Notes: generated from the letters alone by a model not told the origin. Positions 40,911 through 53,534 are shown, counted from the stretch's first letter. The stretch: 64,000 nucleotides of DNA from Eledone cirrhosa (GCA_964016885.1 OZ024740.1:70804001-70868000), one strand, 5' to 3'. Numbers and translations: made by a program.

Positions 40911-41183
40911 ATGTCCGATACGTTGAAATATTCTTCTTTTTCTTCTACGAAGCGTGAAACTAATAAGACTTTGTATTATCGTACTTCCTCTGTGTCTTCC
41001 TTTTAACTTGACTTATATGTGTATATATATATATATGTGTGTGTGTGTGTTGTTGTTGTTGTTGATGTTATTGTTACTAATTAACACTAATAAGACTATT
41101 ATTCGACTCAGTCGTCGTGGGATTTTCTCGATCCGAGAAGTTACCCCTCTTCAAAGAAAGTAGAATATAAATATTATTTAGAT

Positions 41184-41365
41184 ATTGGCAGTATCGGTTG
41201 AGGGTTGGACGCCATGCTTTGACGCATAGAGTTACGGCCCTTGCCAGTCTGAGTTCAAATCCCGCCGAGGTTAACTTTGCCTTTCATCCTTACGGGGTCG
41301 ATAAAATAAAGTACCAGTAATGTACTGGGTAATTGCTGGCCTTGTGCAAAAAGTAGAAACAATTA
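41184..41365 (+). mobile_element. SINE family A
   Basis: Full-length match. Confidence 0.92.
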
Positions 41366-41649
41366 TTTAGAAACAAGCAAGTCCTATTGCTAATGATATC
41401 TGAAATGATCGAAACGTTCTTTGCATTCACCAGTTGACATTGAGAAACGGTTAGGTCTGTCTCTACGGCATTGGGAGGAGTTAACTCTTCTACTTTCTCC
41501 ATATTGATTTAAATATTCCTAAATGGAATTTTTGTCTTCACATTGCGGTGATAATCTCAGCTGCTTGAAGTTTTTCCACTCTTTATATCTGCTGTGTTTT
41601 TATGTCTATCTTTCCTCAGTGTGTATACTTATGTGATCAAATTTGTTTT

Positions 41650-41820
41650 GTAGTAGTAGTAGTAGTAGTAGTAGTAGTAATAGTGTTAGTAGTAGTAGTA
41701 GTGGTGGTGGTGGTGGTGGTGGTGGTGGTGGTGGTGGTGGTGGTGGTGGTGGTGGTGGTATTAGTAGTAGTAGTATTAGTAGTAGTAGTAGTAGCGGTGG
41801 TGGTTGTGGTGGTGGTGGTG

Positions 41821-41893
<73 letters not shown>

Positions 41894-41907
41894 CGGTGGT
41901 GGTGATG

Positions 41908-41951
<44 letters not shown>

Positions 41952-42042
41952 GGTGGTGGTGGTGGTGGTATTAGTAGTAGTAGTATTAGTAGTAGTAGTA
42001 GTAGTAGTAGTAGCGGTGGTGGTTGTGGTGGTGGTGGTGGTG

Positions 42043-42100
<58 letters not shown>

Positions 42101-42114
42101 CGATGGTGGTGATG

Positions 42115-42161
<47 letters not shown>

Positions 42162-42222
42162 GGTGGTGGTGGTGGTGGTGGTGGTGGTGGTGGTGGTGGT
42201 GGTGGTGGTGGCGGTGGTAGCG

Positions 42223-42259
<37 letters not shown>

Positions 42260-42264
42260 CGGTG

Positions 42265-42332
<68 letters not shown>

Positions 42333-42346
42333 TGATGATGATGATG
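41650..42346. repeat. (AGT)n/(GGT)n compound trinucleotide array
   Basis: Direct inspection. Confidence 0.95.
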
Positions 42347-42529
42347 TTTAACTTCGAAATAGATCTGACCTAGCATTATCAGTCTATAAAAATCAAAACA
42401 ATGTCATAAACAAATCTATTTCAAATAACAACACTACAGATATTTGAAAACGGAAAATGAAGGGTAAAGCAAGGTTTCTAGGGTCACAGGAGATTGGGAG
42501 GCGGAGGGGAAGGTTGATGGGTTCTAGAC

Positions 42530-42775
42530 CTAGGGTGCGGTGGTGTTGTGGCTGCGCCCCACCGATAAGACCACAGAAGCATTTCCGCGGATAATGGTCA
42601 GTGATATCGGCTGCAACAACCTCCCCACCTCGTGGGGCTCCTTCCTCAGACAGGCTGCTGACGTTCTGATCGTGCAGGGGAGCTCGACAGTACGGGGTCC
42701 AAGTACGCTTGAGGTTTCGACGACGACCGGTGCCAAAAGGAAGCGGTTGGGCAATACGCAATATCAGTTTTCCAG
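42530..42775 (-). pseudogene. CRE-clade non-LTR retrotransposon C-terminal fragment
   Basis: FLLAPVVVETSSVLGP...EPHEVGRLLQPISLTIIRGNASVV matches the CRE-type ending F.P.AVET.G..GP...L.QRIS.AIQRGNA. Confidence 0.75.
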
Positions 42776-43067
42776 TTAATATAAATGCATATAAACACTT
42801 TTCATCTTCCCTTAGTTATTTATGTTTGATTTGGAACAATAGCGTCTCTAAACTCATAACTCTTAGGTACATCTCAGATTAAGGATGATAGTAATAGTAT
42901 GTTGTGCTTGTGCTTAACAGTGATTGCAAAGAATCAAGGGTGTACTAGTAAAACCATAAACGTCTTATTAAAAAAGTAATATTTAATAGTTAAAGCCTTA
43001 AAGAGTTTTCATAGTTAACTTCACATATGCGATTTAGTAATCAGACAACTCTCGTCGTATCGTCATA

Positions 43068-43157
<90 letters not shown>

Positions 43158-43507
43158 TATGCGCGCGCGCGCGCGTGTATATGTGTGTGTGTTGTTGTTT
43201 CAGTCCCAAGGTATGTGGTTTTCTTTTTATTTTCTTTCGTTTTTTATAGTCTTGCCGCGTGTACAGTCAAACGAGAATACATCATATGGAACAAGAATAT
43301 TATGTTCATGGTCGCTGCCATCTTGTCATGTCTCGTATATTTCGGATGGTCACAAGTAAATTTTGTGTGGACACTGTGGTAGGATTTTGGTTTTTATATC
43401 GTGTACCAACCTTATTGCCGAAGCTCAACTCAGAATGGGGAGTTGAAGACCGATGATATATGTTTGTCTCCTTAGATATGTTTATTCACTCCGTCCCATG
43501 GTCCATT

Positions 43508-43611
<104 letters not shown>

Positions 43612-43699
43612 GATTCATTTCAATTTTTTATGGTCATGCCTGAACATGACACTTTAGTCCAGCTGCTGATTTATACATCAAGCTGTATATAGTGTAGAT

Positions 43700-44017
43700 C
43701 AGGGGTTCTCAACCTGGTCCATGTGGACCACTAGTGGTCCACAGGAAAATTCAGGTGGTCCACAGAAAATTTTCTGACATGCATTTGACTTAAAGCGCTG
43801 TTCTTATTCTTCACATAAGTACGACTTCAGCTGTTTATATGCGTAGATTTTTAGGCACTGCGACATGATAATAGCATTTTCTAATTCATTGAAAAAAACA
43901 TCTACTGATGCTTATAAGTAGCAGTTCTATTACAAAAGATTTAAAAGTTCAGGTGGTCCACAGGAAAAAATTACTTATTTTGGTGGTCCACAGCGAAAAA
44001 AAGGTTGAGAACCCCTG
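43700..44017. mobile_element. hAT MITE (318 bp)
   Basis: Perfect TIRs CAGGGGTTCTCAACCT / AGGTTGAGAACCCCTG; perfect TSD GTGTAGAT; subterminal GTGGTCCACAG repeats. Confidence 0.95.
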
Positions 44018-44084
44018 GTGTAGATGACAGGATTTTGAGCGGAGCACGATGGAATATTGGATCGGTTCTTGGTGTTAGATCTAT

Positions 44085-44219
<135 letters not shown>

Positions 44220-44282
44220 GTTTTGCGAGGTTTTTGATATGAAATCGTGTGTCGAAACAAATATAGTTATACTTGTGGAGAA

Positions 44283-44726
44283 TCATATTTGTGTAATATT
44301 GCCAGAATTAATAACAGAACACACTCACTGTTTGGTTGGTTTTCGCTTTTATGTCTTTTATATCGGTTAATTTAATTAATTCGGTCCTCAATGTTACCAT
44401 TGACTGACCAACGGTCAAAAATACAGATACAATATAGACACAAACACATATATATAGTCTATCAAAGTTCTTTCGTTGCACATCTGCAACATCGTCAGTG
44501 GTGCTATTATGTTTCCTCCCGTTGTATTGTATGCTTACGCTATCTTTATTTAGTCTGTATTGTATCTGTATTTTTGACCGTTGGTCAGTCAATGGTAACA
44601 TTGAGGACCGAATAAATTAAATTAACCGATATAAAAGACATAGAAGCGAAAACCAACCAAACAGTGAGTGTGTTCTGTTATTAATTCTGGCAATATTATT
44701 ACACAAATATGACCCTCCCCAAGTAT

Positions 44727-44731
<5 letters not shown>
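44283..44731 (+). mobile_element. Palindromic module (about 157-bp arms 44283-44438 / 44553-44712) plus tail
   Basis: Inverted arms with few mismatches; its 3' end recurs at 12212-12290 (-); ends in (TA)n. Confidence 0.7.
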
Positions 44732-44791
<60 letters not shown>

Positions 44792-44947
44792 GAAACACAC
44801 AGATACATGCGGACACACACATATATACATGAATGCATCCGCACCCAACTGTGAGTTAAGGGTGCCAACTTCACCGATGTTGCTCAATGAATGACTGGGA
44901 CAGACCAATTCAGTTTGAACCAGACTGAACCAGTATCAGAGTTAAAA

Positions 44948-45383
44948 ATACATTATGAAGAGAGAAGAAACATTTAGATATAATTAGTAATAAAATGTAT
45001 CATACCTAAACTGTTCCTAAATTCCTCGACTACCTAGTTTCGTGGCATAAACAAAAACAATATATCAAAGATATAGAGTCCTTGCGAGGTCTGCCGACTT
45101 ATCAAGAGGATACCTCATTTTACTAGTCTCAAGAACGCGTCTACACGACGTGAGAAAGAATCCCAAAAGGCGGGGGGGGGGGAGATAGTCACGCGATATA
45201 ACGGTCGAGAAACAGAGCTAAGCCTCTTATAACCACGAAGAAAATACCACGGAGGCGGAGGGGGTATTCATATCGAGGCCGTAGAAGAGGTAGTGAAGAA
45301 GGCGAGAAGTATGAGTAATGGAACAGTTTAGGTATGATACATTTTATTACTAATTATATCTAAATGTTTCTTCTCTCTTCATA

Positions 45384-45389
<6 letters not shown>
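44948..45389. repeat. 70-bp inverted repeat (44948-45017 / 45320-45389) enclosing about 300 bp unique sequence
   Basis: Arms are reverse complements; right arm runs into (TA)n. Confidence 0.8.
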
Positions 45390-45419
<30 letters not shown>

Positions 45420-45561
45420 TATGTGTGTTTGTGTGTATAGTTATTTCCTCCTCTCGGATCCCCATAGCTCATTATTATAACTCGATAAAATAAAGTACTA
45501 GTAATGCACTGGGTATTTGCTGGCCTTGTGCCAAAAGTAGAAACAATTATTATAACTCAAT

Positions 45562-45750
45562 AGGGCGGTGGATTGACAGTATCGGTGGAGAGTCGGACGC
45601 CATGCTTTCCAGCATAGTTACGTCCCTTTACTGTCTGAGTTCAAACCCCACCAAGGTTAACTTTGCCTTTCATCCTTACAGGGTCGATAAAATAAAGTAC
45701 CAGTAATACACTGAGATAATTGCTGGCCTTGTGCCAAAAGTAGAAACAAA
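45562..45750 (+). mobile_element. SINE family A (preceded by a 3' fragment at 45482-45550)
   Basis: Full-length match. Confidence 0.9.
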
Positions 45751-46084
45751 TATTATAGCTCAATACTGTTAACTCACATCTCACCATTCCTCACTTACGT
45801 AACACAGCCCAGATTACGTGCAACGACTACACAACCCACTATATATATGTGTGTGTGTGTGTGTGTGAGTGTGTGTGTGTGTGTGTGCGCGCACGCATCA
45901 TTCTTTATTTACATATTTTACACAGAAAAGCTGTATGCGCATTAATGTAAAACAAATTCACATATATATGGCGGCACACACCTTTTCCTGAACATGGAAC
46001 CTCGTTCTTCCCCCAACTCTCACATTCACATACACACGCACGCACACACACACACACACGTACACCTACACACATACACAAACA

Positions 46085-46332
46085 CCACCTTCAGCCCTCC
46101 TCGCTCGGACCCCCGCCTCCCCTACACGCCTCACACCCTTCCACCACTTGTTTATCTTTATGTTTATTTTTATTTTTATTTGTACCCCTTCCAAAGTTTT
46201 TCTCCCTTTTCTCTCCCCCCCCCCCCCCCTCTCCCTGTTTTCTAAATGTCTCTCTACCACTCCCCAACACACCATTGGAACTCTCTTCCTACCCACTTTT
46301 ATACCGATAAAGGGCTTATGCCCGAAACGTCG

Positions 46333-46382
<50 letters not shown>

Positions 46383-46527
46383 ACCACCACCACCACCACC
46401 ACCACCACCACCACCACCACCACCACCACCACCACCACCAACCCCCCACTCACACACTCTCTCAAGAGCGTGAACCTAATGAACTTTTATTTGTACTGCC
46501 TCTCTGTTTTTGTTCCCGTCCAAGTTT

Positions 46528-46530
<3 letters not shown>
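46085..46530 (+). mobile_element. Penelope-like 3' module H2 with degenerate hammerhead (46304-46333) and expanded C/(CCA)n tract
   Basis: CCGATAA-AGGGC-TTAT-GCCC-GAAAC-GTC; downstream GCGTGAACCTAAT shared with 51300-51585 (-). Confidence 0.6.
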
Positions 46531-46581
<51 letters not shown>

Positions 46582-46859
46582 TACACTTACATAAATATAT
46601 CATATATATATATTGATATAGATATATGATATATGTATGTACTTGCCTGTGCATGTATGGCTTTACGTTTGTGTCTGTTCTTTCATTTATTTAAATGTAT
46701 GCTTCCTTTCAGAGGAAGCCGCCTTTCTTAACATATTTTCACATATCTGTGTGAATGTTCTGAATGTTTGTGCAATTTCTTCGGTACCGAAGAGCATATT
46801 CCATCAGGTGATATTATATAGTGATATAGACACACACCAACAGTTATGACATAAATGTC

Positions 46860-46909
<50 letters not shown>

Positions 46910-46976
46910 TGGAAGTAGAGAAATCTACCGCAAGCTGGGCACATTCGGCTATATATATAAATATCTACGAATGTAG

Positions 46977-47009
<33 letters not shown>

Positions 47010-47315
47010 AATAAACATAAGGATTGCTGTAAACCTCTATTCATTTGTAGTATTTACTAACAGGTCAGACTAATGTCGAGATACCTTTTTCATGTATACA
47101 CCAGTGATGTGTACATATAACACTAACATAATACTAATGTACTTCGATTGTTTTCTTTGATACCGCCTGAATGAATTACATCCGGGGCCTTCATTTAACG
47201 CTCACGATGTTTTTTATTGGATCTTCCTGTAAATGAAATGCACCTCAATATATTTGAGTTGTATCCAGCTTCATTCAATCTCTGTATATTTGTATGTATG
47301 TATATGTATGTATGC

Positions 47316-47649
47316 ATGGTATCCAATGATGTTGACTTGTTCTTCTTTTTGGTAAATATCATCTTGGTTAAGAGAGTGGGACTGGCTTTGTGCAGTGCCT
47401 TTGCTCACTATAAAAGCTTCACGGCACAGGCATTGCTTTATATCTGGAGATCTCTCTGCACTTGTCGTCACATGGTACCATGGGCCCAGCACTATGTGTC
47501 AATAATTGTCACAAGTGTAGTGTTTGTACCAGAGTTTTCAAGTCGCTGGCTGGACTAAACAGTCACACTCGTTCAGCGCATCGGTAGGGGTTCTCCTACA
47601 TGGATATAAAGTAGTGGCCGTACTCGAAAACGAGTTGGCAGCCACCATG
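47316..47649 (+). mobile_element. Non-autonomous RTE-derived element, 5'-truncated
   Basis: Near-identical to 30795-31128; TATG repeats both sides. Confidence 0.88.
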
Positions 47650-47811
47650 TATGTATATAGAAGTTAAAACAAAAAACAAAAACAATAACGAAGACTGCAG
47701 TACAAACTGTTAGTTCACGCTTGAGAGGGGGGTATGTATATATGTATGTATGTATGTATGTATCTATGTATGTATATATGTATGTAATTATGTATGTATA
47801 TATGTATGTAT

Positions 47812-48795
47812 GTTCTTCTGGTTTTATAATTTCATTTTTTTTTACCAATAGAGATAGAGAGAGAGTCGGTTTTTAACATTTACACATCAACTAGGTAGAT
47901 ATGTATGCATTTCTGCATGCATGCATGTGTGTGCAGGTATGGATGTTAGTGTATGTGTGGATGTGGATGTTTTGAGTTATATGTGTGCAGTGTATATGCT
48001 TTGTATCTGTACAAGTTTATATGCAGTTATTAGATGCAGAATTTTTGGAATGTTGGAATGTTTTGGAATGTTTTACATTAATGGATTGTACTTGAAATTT
48101 TTTAACTTGTCCTGTTCTTTCTGTTTCTGTGAAGCCCAGCTTCTCAAGATTTGTACTGAGTCAGTTACTAACATATCCCAGTTCCCCAATAATCACAGGT
48201 ATAAATGTGAAGGTTTAGTCAGGGTGGAGTATCTGCAGATTTTTCATTAGTTCTGCATAAATATTCTTCTTTTCGCTAATCTTTGATATTATATTGGCAT
48301 CTGCTGGGCAGCTAACTTCCCAGCAGAGGCAGCTAATTTCCACTACTGTGCATGCTTTCTTCTCCCTGTCCCATATCATAATATCTGGTCTGTTATGACT
48401 GCATTTTATTGGGGTTTTGACTGGAACATTCCACCAGTACTCTATCATGTTATGTATATATGGATGTCTTCCACATTGCTGTAGCTTTTAATGTGTTTAT
48501 TATCGGGGCTATCTTTTCTACGGATTGCATTGTACAGTGTTTTGGCCACTACATCATGCCTCATAGGTAGATAGTACCGTGATGACATCTTTAGACAGCT
48601 GCTGATGACATGGGTGACATCTTCGATATTAATTCTGCACTTGTTATCACATCTAGGTGTTTTGTCTGCATCCCTATCTTTTTTCGTGAATCAGGTATTT
48701 CGTGTTAATCCTGTTCTTGGATTGCAAAAGCGGATCCTTCAAAGTGGGAGCCAATATAGCAATTGTTGGTCCAAGATAGACTACTTTCCTTATCT
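47812..48795 (-). pseudogene. R4/Dong-type element 3' part
   Basis: SHFEG..FAIQEQ, RHD, EYWWN...NRPDIMIWD; 3' UTR ends ATAAAACCAGAAGAA then (CATA)n. Confidence 0.85.
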
Positions 48796-48848
48796 ATATG
48801 TATGTATGTGTGTGTGTATGTATGTATATATGTATGCATGTATGTATG

Positions 48849-49645
48849 TTCTTCTGGTTTTATAATTTCACAATTTTTTACCAATAGAGAGAGAGAGAGT
48901 GAGTCGGTTTCTAACATTTACACATCAACTAGGTAGATATGTATGCATTTCTGCATGCATGCATGTGTGTGCAGGTATGGATGTTATTGTATGTATGGAT
49001 GTAGATGGTTTGATTATATGTATCTATACAAGTGTATATGCAGTTACTAGATGCAGAATTTTTGGAATGTTGGAATGTTTTGGAATGTTTTACATTAATG
49101 GATTATACTTGTAATTTTTTACCTAGTCCTGTTCTTTCTGTTTCTGTGAAGCACAGCTTCTCAAGATTTGTACTGAGGCAGTTACTAACATATCCCAGTT
49201 CCCCAATAATCACAGGTATAAACCTGAAGGTATAGTCAGGGTGGAGTATCTGCAGATTTTTCATTAGTTCTGCATAAATATTCTCCTTTTCGCTAATCTT
49301 TAATATTATATTGACATCTGCTGGGCAGCTAATTTCCACTACTCTGCATGCTTTCTTTTCCCTGTCCAATATCATATCTGGTCTGTTATGCTTGCATTTT
49401 ATTGGGGTTTTGACTGGAAAATTCCACCAGTACTCTTTCATATTATGTATGTATATGTCTTCCACATTGTTGTAACTTTGAATGTTTATTAAAACTTTGA
49501 ATGTTTATTTTATACGGATTGCATTGTAGAGTGTTTTGCCCACTGCATCATGCCTCATAGGTAGATAATACCGTGATGACATCTTTGGACAGCTGCTTAT
49601 GACATGGGTGACATCTTCGATGTTAATTCTGCAGATTCTACACTT
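48849..49645 (-). pseudogene. R4/Dong-type element 3' part, tandem second copy
   Basis: Same motifs and same 3' terminus as 47812-48795. Confidence 0.85.
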
Positions 49646-50306
49646 TTATTAGCAGACTTTTTCGTTAGCTGGAAATCTGAAACATTCATCGTTGAAATGG
49701 ACGGAGGTCCATTCCCTCGTTTAATCTTCTGAACTCTTCCAGTGTGTATATTACGACACGTAACATGAATATGATAAAGATTGCATGGTTATATTATAGT
49801 ATGATTATTATATTCTGTCGATATAAAACATGCGTGGTTATGATGGTGGACTCACGAACATAAGATCATGAATACGATTCCTGAACGAGACGGTGTATCG
49901 TTTTCTTGAGCAAAACACTTCATTTCACATTGCTTTTCATGGTCACTAAGAAACCTCTTATGTGGACAACAAAAGCTATATAGATGTTCAGCTGTAACAA
50001 GTTATTTAGAAATCGGCGAACGTAAATACTAATAGCTCGAAGATACATCGATTTCTTACTTTTGTAACACACCTTGTACACAACAAAACGGTACTTTACA
50101 TTTTACAGGACAACAGCAATTTCCTCCGCGTGTTAGTTAGTACACTGACTGGGTTTAGCATCGGATGTTTGGATGTTTTTAGTAGCGCTTCCTCCTCACC
50201 ACCCCAGTCGTGAGAGAAACAATAGAAGCTATATTAGACAATGAACAGTGACACGGATATGTAAATCGTCATAGTTTGCCTGATTGTATTAGAAATTAAT
50301 TGTATG

Positions 50307-50346
<40 letters not shown>

Positions 50347-50724
50347 TATGTGTGGCAGGTGCACTTATATCAATGACACACAAATCACTCACACACATAG
50401 ACGCAATAATGCATACCCATGAAGTCCACACCATCAGCACACACATAACAACATCCATGACACAGCTGGAATCTCCACTTCGGCCACCAATCTCGAATTC
50501 TTTACAACTAGCGAACCACCCCCAGTCACAAGTTTTTTCCCCAAAACTCCGATGTTTCCGCCCCCCCCTCCTCACTCTCTCCATTTCCTGAAGGAGGTAT
50601 TATGTCTGAAACATCAAGCTCTATTCTACTTCCTGCTAAGTGTGATACTAATATGACTTTGTGTTTTTGCATCTCTGTAATATATACATATATATAATAT
50701 ATATATATATGCGTGTGTGTGTGT

Positions 50725-50856
50725 GTAAAAGGTAAACCGAAATAACAACACAATCGGTACAGTATATGGAAGGGATATATTAGGTTAACTCTTGGCATAG
50801 CAGGAAGAGGGTCTTAACGTTTCGGATGCTAGTCCTTCACCAGAAGAAAGCATGAG

Positions 50857-50860
<4 letters not shown>
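50725..50860 (-). mobile_element. Penelope-like 3' module H1 with hammerhead (about 50812-50846)
   Basis: Minus strand TCTT-CTGGTGA-AGGAC-TAGC-ATCC-GAAAC-GTTA-AGA; between (TG)n and (TA)n. Confidence 0.7.
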
Positions 50861-50903
<43 letters not shown>

Positions 50904-51027
50904 GATTTCTAGTATAGGCACAAGGCCAGTAATTTGGGAGGAGGGGAAAGCTATTTGTCAGCAATCAGTTGTTAAATGTCTCCACTGTTATGACGATCGT
51001 TATATGTGTGAAATGCGATGCGTTAAT

Positions 51028-51213
51028 AATTGTTTCTACTTTTAGCACAAGGCCACCAATTATCCCAGTGCATTACTGGTACTTTATTTTATCGACCCCG
51101 TAAGGATCAAATGCAAAGTTAACCTCGGCGGGATTTGAACTCAGACTGTAAAGGGGCGTAATTCTTTGCTGCAAAGCATGGGCGTCCAACCTTCTACCGA
51201 AACTGCCAATCCA
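51028..51213 (-). mobile_element. SINE family A
   Basis: Full-length match. Confidence 0.88.
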
Positions 51214-51369
51214 AATAATAATAGTGAGTATAACCGAAGTTGCAGCTGTGAGTAACTGGTTCGGAATCGATTTATATATATATATTGGGAAAGTAAATAA
51301 CAACAACAAGGAGTACAGTTACGAAAGGTGTTAGGGATTAGGTTCACGCTTGAGAGTGGGGGCTGGGGG

Positions 51370-51402
51370 ACGACGTTTCGGACATAAGCCCTTCATCAGG
51401 AA
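51370..51402 (-). ncRNA. Hammerhead ribozyme motif within Penelope-like module H2 (about 51300-51585)
   Basis: Minus strand CTGATGA-A-GGGC-TTAT-GTCC-GAAAC-GTC. Confidence 0.65.
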
Positions 51403-52257
51403 AATGGGGGGAAAGAGAGGAGTTCCGAGAGACTGTGAGGGGGCAGTGGTGGAAAAACATTAAATTAATAGGAAAAAAATTAAAATGGAGGGAAAAGAAT
51501 TAAAATTAAAATAACACATGAGTGGGACAATAAGTTGAAAACAAGTGGTGAAAGGGTGTAAAGCGTGTAGAGGTGGTGGTGGGTCATATATATATACATC
51601 TTAAATATAGATCAAAATAAATTATTTCAGTCATATTACATCATAAATAACTCCATGAATACCAGGGCTAAAATCCACATTTTCAGAGCTCCGTTTACAA
51701 AAGTTTTATTTAGGTATAAATAAATATATATATATAAATAAATATATATATATATAATAACTAGAAATTGATTAACATATATATAAACATGAATAATCAC
51801 AGGAGATAATTTTTACAAGCGTGTAACCACGCATAGCTAGTAGGTAACAAATAAATATGTTACAAATAAATAAAAATGTTAATCAATTTCTAGTTATTAT
51901 AAAATGCTCGGACCTACAAAATCTTTGAGATTATTTTCCGGGCGATATGGCGCACGCCGTTATGGCATGACACCCACAATTTCGATTTAGATTAAATTCA
52001 TTTAATTTATCTTAATATATATATAGTATAGTAAAACATAGCATAGTAAACAAAAATACATTTAAAGTAAAACGTAATTCTACTTACATTATTGCTAAGA
52101 CCATGTTTTCGGGTGAAAAAGAAAACTACCAATCACTATAATTAAAATGTTTACTTATGAAATTAAGACTGTCAACCTCTTCGGTAAGCATAATCTTACA
52201 AAATATATTTTCAACTTTTTTAAGAGAATTCAAATAAATTGTTTTGTGTTGATAACA

Positions 52258-52309
<52 letters not shown>

Positions 52310-52464
52310 CCTTTGTGTTCCTGTCTCTAATTTTGTACTCCTGAAGAAGGGCTAAAGCCCGACACGTCGAACTTTCTTTCCCCTTTCCATATAAAACCTG
52401 AAACTAATAAGACTTTTTCTACCTCTGTTTGTTGTCTCCTTGAACTATATATATATTATATATA

Positions 52465-53362
52465 TACGAGGTGGGTCAGAAAAGTTCCAGGACTGATGTC
52501 ACAAAATATTTATTTCAAACTCTAACTTCACACTAAGAGTTTTCTCCTTCAAAGTAATCCCCCTGGAGTATGTAACTGTAATCTTAGCTCTCTGCAGCGA
52601 TCGAACTTTTTCCTTCATAATTTTATATACATGTCCTCTGTTTCAGGTCGTCAAGCAATGAGCACAGAGCAACGAACAAACTTGAAAACTCCGTCAGAAG
52701 CACTGGGATTGCTGCAGCAAGTGTAATGAGATGAGACGATGTCACGCTCACGTGTTTTTGAGTGGTGCAAGAGGTTTAAAGAAGGACGCGATGATGTGGA
52801 AGATGACCCCAGGAGCGGAAGGCCCTCAACAACCAGGACTGAGGTCAACGCTGAGCGCGTCAGGCAGATGGTGCGTAGCGATCGTCAGCTGACTGTTCGA
52901 CTGATAGCAAATGAGCTGGGCATGAATCGGGACAGCATCTGGAAGATTCTCACTGAAGATTTGGACATGCGGAAAGTCTGCGCGAAGATGGTGCCAAAAC
53001 TGCTGAACGATGACCAGAAGGGTCGACGCATGCAAGTGTGCCAGGACATCCTCGAGCGTCTTGAAACCGAACCAGACTTGCTAGGGACAGTTATCACCGG
53101 TGATGAGTCATGGATCTTCGAGTACGACCCGGAGGGGATCCGTTTTGAAGACGTGGACGACATCAAAAAGGCCGTGACGATGGTACTGCGGAGGATCCCG
53201 GAAGATTCCTTCCAGGAGTGCATGCAAGCGTGGCAGAAAAGGATGGAAAAGTGCATTAGACTCCAGGGGAGATTACTTTGAAGGAGAAAACTCTTAGTGT
53301 GAAGTTTGGGTCTGAAATAAATCTGTTGTGACATCAGTTCTGGAACTTCTCTGACCCACCTC

Positions 53363-53365
<3 letters not shown>
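52465..53365 (+). mobile_element. Mariner-family transposon, internally deleted, with about 105-bp inverted termini
   Basis: TACGAGGTGGGTCAGA... / ...TCTGACCCACCTCGTG; TA on both sides within (TA)n. Confidence 0.93.
52658..53296 (+). pseudogene. Mariner transposase remnant
   Basis: MSRSRVFEWCKRFKEGR...DDPRSGRP...AKMVPK...ITGDESWIFEYDPE then a jump to RFEDVDDIKKAV...WQKRMEKCI..QGDYFE; second and third catalytic Asp region deleted; stops in N-terminus. Confidence 0.92.
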
Positions 53366-53421
<56 letters not shown>

Positions 53422-53534
53422 TTAACGACCTGTCGTTTATATTCGGTCTAATGAATTCACAAAAATTGCATCTTGTATATACGAATTTGCAACCCAGAGT
53501 GGACACTATACGTTAATTAGTAAATAAACGGCTT

